From positions 9,634-73,633 of the forward strand of contig JBJEYO010000004.1 of NCBI GenBank assembly GCA_051886935.1: a DNA stretch of 64,000 nt. Direction: 5' to 3'. Position numbers and translations under genes: made by a program. The notes under the pieces were generated by a model that was not told the origin of the DNA, searched no databases, and saw only the letters and a program-made list of their open reading frames with translations. Numbering within the stretch: the first letter of the stretch is position 1; each line of letters starts with the position of its first letter. This stretch comes from Candidatus Enterenecus sp. (GTDB lineage Bacteria > Bacillota > Clostridia > Oscillospirales > Oscillospiraceae). Positions 57,231 to 64,000 of this stretch are shown here, in pieces.

Positions 57231-57674
57231 ATGTCTCTGCTGATGCGGAAGATCAATGTCCTCAGCCGCTGCCAGACCATCTACCGGGCGGACCGGCTGA
57301 AGGGGGCCGGGCTGTGCAGCTGGCACTACAACTATGTGATCCCTGTCTGCCAGCACCCGGGGCAGTCCCAGGAGGAGCTGGCCAGGCGGGTGTGCGTGGA
57401 CAAGTGCAATGTGACCCGCCATCTGGCCAAGCTGGAGGAGCTGGGCTATGTGGAGCGAAAGACCAGTGACACGGACAAACGCCGGACCCTGGTCTATCCC
57501 ACGGAGAAGATGGAGGCCCTGCTGCCGGAGGTGCGGAAGATCAACCAGGAATGGAACGACTACATCCTGGAGGGGCTGGCCCCGGAGGAGATCGAGGAGC
57601 TGAACGCCGTCCTGCTGAAGATCGCCCGGCGGGCCAAAGAGTATGTGAATTCAAAGGATGAGATAGAGGAATGA
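57231..57674 (+). CDS. MarR-family transcriptional regulator
   Basis: PGQSQEELA..VCVDKCNVTRHLAKLEELGYVER...DKR. Confidence 0.92.
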   Translation: MSLLMRKINVLSRCQTIYRADRLKGAGLCSWHYNYVIPVCQHPGQSQEELARRVCVDKCNVTRHLAKLEELGYVERKTSDTDKRRTLVYPTEKMEALLPEVRKINQEWNDYILEGLAPEEIEELNAVLLKIARRAKEYVNSKDEIEE

Positions 57675-59395
57675 AGACCCTGCTGAAATATCTGAAGCCC
57701 TTCGCCCCCAGAATGGGGCTGGGCTTTTCCATCAAGGTGGTGGGCACCATGCTGGAGCTGCTGCTGCCCTACATCCTCAGCCACATCCTCAAGGATGTGG
57801 TGGCCCGGCAGGACCTGAGGCAGATCCTGCTGTGGGGCGGCGCCATGGTCCTGTGTTCGGCCCTGGCGGTGATCTGCAACATCGGCGCCAACCGCATGGC
57901 GGCCCGGGTGTCCCGCAACTTCTCCGAGGCGGTGCGCCACGACCTGTTCGCCCGCACCCTGCGCCTCTCCGCCGCCCAGACGGACCGGTTCACCATCCCG
58001 TCCCTGGAGGCGCGCATCACCACCGACACCTACAACATCCACAACTTTGTGGGCATGATGCAGCGCATGGGCGTGCGGGCCCCCATCCTGCTGGTGGGCG
58101 GCGTGTGCATCACCCTGCTGATGGACCGGCACCTGGCGCTGGTCATGATCGCCATGATGCCCATCATCTTCGCCATCGTGCTGTTCATCTCCAGAAAGGG
58201 CGTGCCCCTGTTCAGCAGGGTGCAGCGCTCCGTGGACGGCATGACCCGGGTGGTCCGGGAGGACACCCAGGGCATCCGGGTCATCAAGGCCCTGTCCAAG
58301 GCGGACTATGAGCACCGCAGGTTCGACCAGGTCAACCGGGCGCTGGTGAAGGACGAGCGCCGGGCCAGCATCGTCATGGGCTCGGTGCATCCGGTGATGG
58401 ATGTGCTGATGAACGGCGGCATCGTGGCCGTGGTGGCCATCAGCGCCTCCCGGGTGTCGGCGGGCACCTCCGACCCGGAGACCGTCATCGCCTTTATGCA
58501 GTACTTCACCCAGATCTCCATGGCCATGATGTCCCTGACCCGTATGTTCACCATGTATACCAAGTCCGCGGCCTCCGCCCGCCGCATTGCGGAAGTGCTG
58601 GACGCGCCGGAGGATCTGACAGTAAAGAGCGAGGAGGAGTACCCCGCCAGGGAGACCGACGCCCACATCGAGTTCGACGATGTGAGCTTCTCCTATCTGG
58701 GCAGGGGCAGCGACCTGGAGCACATCAGCTTCCGCCTGCCCCGGGGCGGATCCCTGGGCATCATCGGCGCCACGGGCAGCGGAAAGTCCACCCTGGTAAA
58801 GCTGCTGCTGCGCTTTTACGACGTGGGCTCCGGCGCCGTGCGGATCAACGGCCGGGACGTCCGCACCATCCCCCACGACGAGCTGTACGCCATGTTTGGC
58901 ACCGCCATGCAGTTCGACTTTCTCTATGCCGACACCATTGAGGAGAACATCAAATTCGGCCGTGAGCTGACCCATGAGCAGGTGGCCGAGGCCGCCGTCA
59001 CCGCCCAGGCGGACGACTTCATCACGGCCTTCAGTGAGGGCTATGACCATATGCTGGCCCAGAAGGGCACCAACATCTCCGGCGGCCAGAAGCAGCGGTT
59101 GCTCATCGCCCGGGCGGTGGCGGCAAAGCCGGACATCCTGGTGCTGGACGACAGCTCCTCCGCCCTGGACTACAAGACCGACGCCGCCCTGCGCCGGGCC
59201 CTGGCGGAGCGGATGAAGGGGACCACGGTGGTCACCGTGGCCCAGCGGGTCAGCTCCGTGAAGGGGTGCGACCTGATCCTGGCCCTGGACGAGGGCCGGA
59301 TCATCGGCGCCGGCAGCCACGAGGAGCTGATGGCGTGCTGCCCGGAGTACCGGGAGATCAGCGAGTCCCAGATGGGAGGTGCCCTGCTTGACTGA
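57671..59395 (+). CDS. Heterodimeric multidrug-type ABC exporter, subunit A (TMD+NBD)
   Basis: GATGSGKST, ISGGQKQR, degenerate Walker B LDDSSSALD. Confidence 0.92.
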   Translation: MKTLLKYLKPFAPRMGLGFSIKVVGTMLELLLPYILSHILKDVVARQDLRQILLWGGAMVLCSALAVICNIGANRMAARVSRNFSEAVRHDLFARTLRLSAAQTDRFTIPSLEARITTDTYNIHNFVGMMQRMGVRAPILLVGGVCITLLMDRHLALVMIAMMPIIFAIVLFISRKGVPLFSRVQRSVDGMTRVVREDTQGIRVIKALSKADYEHRRFDQVNRALVKDERRASIVMGSVHPVMDVLMNGGIVAVVAISASRVSAGTSDPETVIAFMQYFTQISMAMMSLTRMFTMYTKSAASARRIAEVLDAPEDLTVKSEEEYPARETDAHIEFDDVSFSYLGRGSDLEHISFRLPRGGSLGIIGATGSGKSTLVKLLLRFYDVGSGAVRINGRDVRTIPHDELYAMFGTAMQFDFLYADTIEENIKFGRELTHEQVAEAAVTAQADDFITAFSEGYDHMLAQKGTNISGGQKQRLLIARAVAAKPDILVLDDSSSALDYKTDAALRRALAERMKGTTVVTVAQRVSSVKGCDLILALDEGRIIGAGSHEELMACCPEYREISESQMGGALLD

Positions 59396-61190
59396 ACATA
59401 TTGATGAACAGCGGTCTGCCAAGGGCAGAAACCGCAGTATCCTGCTCCGTTTGGGGAAATACATCCTGCGTTACTGGCCCCTGTTTTTGCTGGCCATCGC
59501 CCTGACCCTGCTGTCCAACCAGCTGTCCCTGCTGGGCCCCAGCTATTCCGGCGACGCCATCGACGCCATCGCCCATCCCGACGGGGTACAGTTCGACCTG
59601 GTGTGGGAGAACGCGGCCAAGATGCTGGTGTGCTACGCAGCCTCGGCGGTGCTGTCCTACCTGCTGTCGGTGCTGATGGTGGTCATCAGCCAGAAGATCA
59701 TCTACACCATGCGCCGCCAGGTCTTTGAGAAGCTGACCTCCCTGCCGGTGGGCTACTTCGACACCCACGCCACCGGCGACATCATCAGCCGCATCTCCTA
59801 CGACATCGACACGGTGAACTCCTCCCTGTCCAACGACCTGGTGCAGGTCATGACCAGTATTTACACGGTGGTGGGCTCCCTCATCTTCATGTGGCGGATC
59901 TCCCGGCCCCTGATCCTGGTCTTTGTGGTGACGGTGCCGGCCTCCATCCTGTTCGCCCGCTACCGCTCCAAAAAGGTGCGGCCCCTGTTCCGCCGCCGCT
60001 CCCGGAAGCTGGGCGAGCTGAACGGCTACGCCGAGGAGATGCTCTCCGGCTGCCGCACCATCCAGGCCTATGCCCGGGAGGAGGAGATCGGCGGGCGCTT
60101 CGATGGACGCAACAAGGAGGCCATGGACGCCTACTACGACGCGGAATACTACGGCGCGGCCATGGGCCCCGGCATGACCTTCATCAACAACCTGTCCATC
60201 TCCCTCATCACCATCTTCGGCGGCATCCTCTACATGTACTCCCAGAGCGGCCGGGTGGCCGCCGGCTCCGTCTTTTTCATCACCCTGGGCGGCGTGGCCC
60301 AGTTTGTCCAGTACTCCCGGAAGTTTGCCGGCCCCATCAACGAGTTTGCCAACATCCTCCATGAGTTCCAGTCCGCCTTCTCAGCGGCGGAGCGGGTGTT
60401 CCGCGTCATCGACGAGGAGCCGGAGAAGGCGGACGCCCTGGACGCGGCGGTCCTCACCGATGTGAAGGGGCAGGTGGAGGTGGACAAGGTCAGCTTCGGC
60501 TACACCCCGGACAAGACCATTCTCCACGATGTGTCGGTCAGCGCCCAGCCGGGCAAGACCATCGCCATCGTGGGCCCCACCGGCGCGGGCAAGACCACCA
60601 TCATCAACCTGCTCATGCGGTTTTATGATGTGACGGAGGGGGCCATCTATGTGGACGGCGATGAGATCCGGGAGGTGACCCGGGACTCCCTCCGGGGGGC
60701 GTACACCATGGTGCTTCAGGACACCTGGCTGTTCCACGGCACCATCTTTGACAACATCGCCTACGGCCGGGAGGGGGCCACCCTGGAGGAGGTCAGGGCG
60801 GCGGCCAGAGCGGCCCGCATCGACTCCTACATCGAGCACCTGCCCGACGGCTACGACACCATCCTGTCCGACGACGGGGTGAACATCTCCAAGGGCCAGC
60901 GGCAGCTCATCACCATCGCCCGGGCCATGCTCAGCCGGACTACCATGCTCATTCTGGACGAGGCCACCTCCAACGTGGACTCCCGCACGGAGATGAAGAT
61001 CCAGGAGGCCATGGGGGAGCTGATGGCGGGGCGCACCTGCTTCGTCATCGCCCACCGCCTGTCCACCATCAAGAACGCCGACCGGATCCTGGTGCTGCAG
61101 AACGGCGCCATCACCGAGCAGGGCACCCACGATGAGCTGATGGAGCAGGGCGGGTTCTACGCCTCACTGTACAATTCCCAGTTCTCCTGA
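59388..61190 (+). CDS. Heterodimeric multidrug-type ABC exporter, subunit B (TMD+NBD)
   Basis: GPTGAGKTT, ISKGQRQ, LDEATSNVD, AHRLST. TTG start after GGAGG (alternative GTG 59379). Confidence 0.92.
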   Translation: MTEHIDEQRSAKGRNRSILLRLGKYILRYWPLFLLAIALTLLSNQLSLLGPSYSGDAIDAIAHPDGVQFDLVWENAAKMLVCYAASAVLSYLLSVLMVVISQKIIYTMRRQVFEKLTSLPVGYFDTHATGDIISRISYDIDTVNSSLSNDLVQVMTSIYTVVGSLIFMWRISRPLILVFVVTVPASILFARYRSKKVRPLFRRRSRKLGELNGYAEEMLSGCRTIQAYAREEEIGGRFDGRNKEAMDAYYDAEYYGAAMGPGMTFINNLSISLITIFGGILYMYSQSGRVAAGSVFFITLGGVAQFVQYSRKFAGPINEFANILHEFQSAFSAAERVFRVIDEEPEKADALDAAVLTDVKGQVEVDKVSFGYTPDKTILHDVSVSAQPGKTIAIVGPTGAGKTTIINLLMRFYDVTEGAIYVDGDEIREVTRDSLRGAYTMVLQDTWLFHGTIFDNIAYGREGATLEEVRAAARAARIDSYIEHLPDGYDTILSDDGVNISKGQRQLITIARAMLSRTTMLILDEATSNVDSRTEMKIQEAMGELMAGRTCFVIAHRLSTIKNADRILVLQNGAITEQGTHDELMEQGGFYASLYNSQFS

Positions 61191-61196
61191 CAGACA

Positions 61197-61230
61197 GAAC
61201 GCCCGCCGGAATGTCCCGGCGGGCGTTTTC
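61197..61230. terminator. Intrinsic terminator
   Basis: AACGCCCGCCGG...CCGGCGGGCGTT followed by T. Confidence 0.7.
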
Positions 61231-61234
61231 GCGT

Positions 61235-61702
61235 TTATTGTCTTTGGGGCAGGCAGCCCAGCAGGAGGGCGGCGCCGGCCAGGGCCAGGAACTGGTCGGG
61301 GGAGAGGTTCTCGTCGAAGGGGAGCACCAGCTCCTGGCGGTCTACCGTGCGGCCGTCCAGGGCGGAGAACTGCCGCTGTACCGCCACCGCCGCCAGACCG
61401 TCGTTAAGCCCCGACAGGGTCAGGGTGTTGCGCCCGGAGGCGCCGTAGCTCAGGATCACGCCGGCGGGCATGGCCCGGGTCAGGGCGGACAGGCCGCCGG
61501 GGAGGAGGGCGGTGCGGCAGGTCAGGGCGGCGGCCCCCGCCCAGCCCACGGCCCCGGGGGACACCACCAGCAGGTCCAGATCGATCCCCGCCAGCAGCGC
61601 CGGGTGGCCGCAGGCCCGGACCATGGCGGAGCGGCCCCGGGCGATGGCGCTGATCCGCCCGGCCAGACCTTCCTCCTGCTCCCACACACCGATCTGCCAC
61701 AT
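61235..61702 (-). CDS. Hypothetical protein, possibly forespore-expressed
   Basis: 155 aa ORF with a purine-rich SD filling the gap between the ABC terminator and yihY. Confidence 0.65.
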   Translation of the reverse strand: MWQIGVWEQEEGLAGRISAIARGRSAMVRACGHPALLAGIDLDLLVVSPGAVGWAGAAALTCRTALLPGGLSALTRAMPAGVILSYGASGRNTLTLSGLNDGLAAVAVQRQFSALDGRTVDRQELVLPFDENLSPDQFLALAGAALLLGCLPQRQ

Positions 61703-61726
61703 GCTGCCCCGCCCCTTTCTCCGGAT

Positions 61727-61756
61727 TAGTGTGGCGCGCCGGGCGGGGGTTTATGC
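61727..61756 (-). promoter_or_regulatory. Possible SigG/SigF-type forespore promoter
   Basis: Minus strand GCATA-N18-CACACTA versus SigG consensus GNATA-N18-CATNNTA. Confidence 0.5.
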
Positions 61757-61789
61757 AGAAGCGGAGCGCCGCAACGCTCCGCTTTCAGA

Positions 61790-62647
61790 TCATTTCATCT
61801 TTTCTTTTCTATGGCGGTCAATGACATAGTTGACCACGTTGCCCAGGATGAAGATGTTGCTGCACAGGTAGAGCCAGACCAGCAGGATGATGATGGAGGC
61901 CAGGGAGCCGTACACCAGGGAATACCGGGTGGAGCGGCTGACGATCATGGAGAAGATGAGGGAGGCCGCGGCCAGAGCCACGGCGGCCAAAAAGGCTCCG
62001 GGCACCACCGGGGGGCGGGGCTTCCTCAGCGGGGCCACAAAGCGGTACAGCAGCAGGATGAACAGGAACACGATGACCAGCAGCAGAAGATACTTGATCC
62101 ACTGCCAGGTGCTGACCCGGGCCACCAGGTCGTCAAGCCCCAGCAGGCTGCCCAGCAGGTGGAAGAACCAGTTGCCCGTCACCACCACCGCCAGGGACAG
62201 GTAGATGGTGACCAGCAGCAGGATGGCGAAGATCACGCTGGCCACGATCTGCTTGGCGCCGGTGAAATTGGACCGGCCGAAGATCTCCCGCATGATGGAC
62301 ATGAGCCCCCGGATGGCGGCGGAGGCGGAAAAGACGGCCAGAAAGACCCCGGCGATGAGCATGGGGGTGGACAGGTTGCCGTCCAGATACCCCAGATAGT
62401 CCCGGAAGATGATGAACACGCCCTCGGGCAGCAGGTGCTCCAGGTCGTCCAGCAGAGAGGTCATGGTCAGGTTCAGCTTGCTGACGAAGGCGGAGACGCA
62501 GATGAGGATGGGGAAAAAGGTCATGGTGAGGAAGTAAGCCAGCTGGGCGGCGGAGCGGCCCACCTGCTTGCTGAAGTAGATCTCGGCGATGTCCGCCACA
62601 AAACGGACCGGCGGGAACGCAAGGGCGCGCTGGAACTTTTGCTTCAA
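61790..62647 (-). CDS. YihY/virulence factor BrkB family membrane protein
   Basis: AAQLAYF...FP, LLYRF.P, PGA, YS.VYGSLAS.IILLVWLY. Confidence 0.9.
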   Translation of the reverse strand: MKQKFQRALAFPPVRFVADIAEIYFSKQVGRSAAQLAYFLTMTFFPILICVSAFVSKLNLTMTSLLDDLEHLLPEGVFIIFRDYLGYLDGNLSTPMLIAGVFLAVFSASAAIRGLMSIMREIFGRSNFTGAKQIVASVIFAILLLVTIYLSLAVVVTGNWFFHLLGSLLGLDDLVARVSTWQWIKYLLLLVIVFLFILLLYRFVAPLRKPRPPVVPGAFLAAVALAAASLIFSMIVSRSTRYSLVYGSLASIIILLVWLYLCSNIFILGNVVNYVIDRHRKEKMK

Positions 62648-62734
62648 GGCCGCTGTCCTCCCCTCTGTCCGAAGTGATATGGATATAACAGTATATCAGA
62701 ACAGAGAAAAAAGCACAACCAAAAGATTCCGACC

Positions 62735-63613
62735 TTATGTGAGCAGCAGCTCCAGCTCGTCCACCGTCAGGCCGGGGTTCAGGGCCAGGCTGACCCCGTA
62801 GCCGATGACCCGGGCCAGGTCGTCCACCCGGCTGTCCACCTCCCGGGGGGTGACGAACAGGTCGCCGCCGGGCAGGCCGGCGTCGTCCTCCTTCCCCAGC
62901 AGGTCCATGACGAGGGTGGAAGCCTCCACCACCGTGGGTACACCCACCGCCGCCACCGGCACGCCCAGGGTGTCGGCGTTCAGGGCCATGCGGTGGTTGC
63001 CCACCCCGGAGCCGGGGGCGATGCCCGCGTCGGACAGCTGCACCGTGCGGCACAGCCGGTCCACCGAGCGGGAGGCCAGGGCGTCGATGGCGATGACGCA
63101 GGCCGGGCGCAGCTCCGCCGCCGCGGCCCGTACCAGCAGGCCGCTCTCCACGCCGGTGGAGGCCAGCACGCCGGGAACCAGGGCGGCCACGGACCGCAGC
63201 GCCCCGAACCGGTCCGGCATATGCCGCACCAGATGGCGGGTCACCAGGGTGCGGTCGGCGGCCAGGGGGCCGATCAGGTCGGGGGTGATGGCCCGGTTGC
63301 CCAGCCCTACCACCAGGGCGTCGCCCTCCGGGGGAATGAGAGGGGAGAGAAGGGCGGCCACCGCCCGCACCGCCCGGCCGAAGGAGTCCTCCTCCCGGCG
63401 GAGCAGCCCGTCCAGCTCCACGGTGACATAGCGGCCCACGGGCTTGCCCAGGGCGGCGGCTCCCTCCTCGTCCAGAACGGACACGGTGTTCACCGGAAAG
63501 CCCTCCGTCTCGCTCTCCTCCGCCTTCACTCCGGACAGGGAGGAGGTGCGGGCGGCGCTTTGCCGCCACAGTTCGTGGGCCTCCGCGGCCAGATCGGTCC
63601 TCTGCTGCGCCAT
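62735..63613 (-). CDS. gpr: Spore germination protease GPR
   Basis: RTDLAAEA, VVGLGNRAITPD..GP, IAIDALAS, GI.PGSGVGNHR, GVPTVV, VTPREVD; divergent from rpsT. Confidence 0.95.
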   Translation of the reverse strand: MAQQRTDLAAEAHELWRQSAARTSSLSGVKAEESETEGFPVNTVSVLDEEGAAALGKPVGRYVTVELDGLLRREEDSFGRAVRAVAALLSPLIPPEGDALVVGLGNRAITPDLIGPLAADRTLVTRHLVRHMPDRFGALRSVAALVPGVLASTGVESGLLVRAAAAELRPACVIAIDALASRSVDRLCRTVQLSDAGIAPGSGVGNHRMALNADTLGVPVAAVGVPTVVEASTLVMDLLGKEDDAGLPGGDLFVTPREVDSRVDDLARVIGYGVSLALNPGLTVDELELLLT

Positions 63614-63712
63614 AATCGTTCCTCCGTTCCACCAGATGTTGTGGGTATATGTACCGTGGTGAACTATTTTTCGCCTCTGAAAATTTTCTATTCAGAAAAT
63701 TGAAAATTTGTG

Positions 63713-63741
63713 TTGCAATTTCGATATTTTAATGTTAGAAT
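63713..63741 (+). promoter_or_regulatory. Sigma-A promoter of rpsT
   Basis: TTGCAA-N17-TAGAAT (TG-extended) with an AT-rich upstream region. Confidence 0.7.
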
Positions 63742-63800
63742 ACATATCTGCGACGGGAAAACCGTAACGAAGAAACAATACATCGGAGGAGGTGTTTGGT

Positions 63801-64000
63801 TTGCCCAATATCAAGTCTGCCAAGAAGCGTGTTCTGGTGAACGAGACCAAGGCCGCTCAGAACAAGGCTCAGAAGTCTGCGCTGAAGACCGATCTGAAGA
63901 AGTTCGACGCCGCGGTGGCCGGTGGCAACCGCAGCGAGGCCGATGCCGCTTATAAGGTGGCCGTCAAGGCTGTGGATCAGGCTGTCGGCAAGGGTCTGCT
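63801..64000 (+). CDS. rpsT: 30S ribosomal protein S20 (runs off window)
   Basis: TTG start after GGAGG; MPNIKSAKKRVLVNETKAAQNKAQKSALKT...AVKAVDQAVGKG. Not in the ORF track. Confidence 0.96.
   Translation, partial: MPNIKSAKKRVLVNETKAAQNKAQKSALKTDLKKFDAAVAGGNRSEADAAYKVAVKAVDQAVGKGL

Noticed and set aside
63710-63955. 81-aa ORF from the track
   Set aside because: Wrong frame. The real gene is rpsT starting at TTG 63801.

Overview
High-GC, mostly core-chromosomal region of a spore-forming Clostridia bacterium. Oscillospiraceae is likely, inferred from gene content, SLH proteins, gpr and codon style. Gene order from the left: partial ftsH, a tilS-hpt in-frame fusion, dnaB, rplI, gdpP, ilvE, a two-subunit Fe-S fumarase/tartrate dehydratase, rnmV-like, holA, comEC and a small HTH gene. 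A ~700 bp non-coding, highly structured inverted-repeat element follows. Next come pcrA, an FNT channel, a glycerol cluster, mpg, EamA, a lysophospholipase-like hydrolase, an S41-SLH protease, XpaC-like, VanW, DUF2461, ArsR-HMA-cadA, lexA and recJ-rel. The right part holds a D-Asp ligase/Asp racemase/two-MurE peptidoglycan locus, two ABC export modules, an SLH-GH25 muramidase, dnaD/dnaC-like genes, a MarR-ABC operon, YihY, gpr and partial rpsT. No rRNA, tRNA, CRISPR array or transposase was seen. The best candidate for an undescribed system is a dual peptidoglycan-chemistry locus. A non-DAP (Lys/Orn-type) MurE with D-Asp bridge enzymes lies downstream of rel. After a terminator and a mother-cell sigma-like promoter comes a DNPR-motif (meso-DAP-type) MurE. 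Other highlights are the MITE/ncRNA-like element, a CueR-box-like 19-bp-spacer MerR promoter, triple 20-bp operators and a WalR-like box. All product calls rest on motif recognition by eye; no database searches were run.
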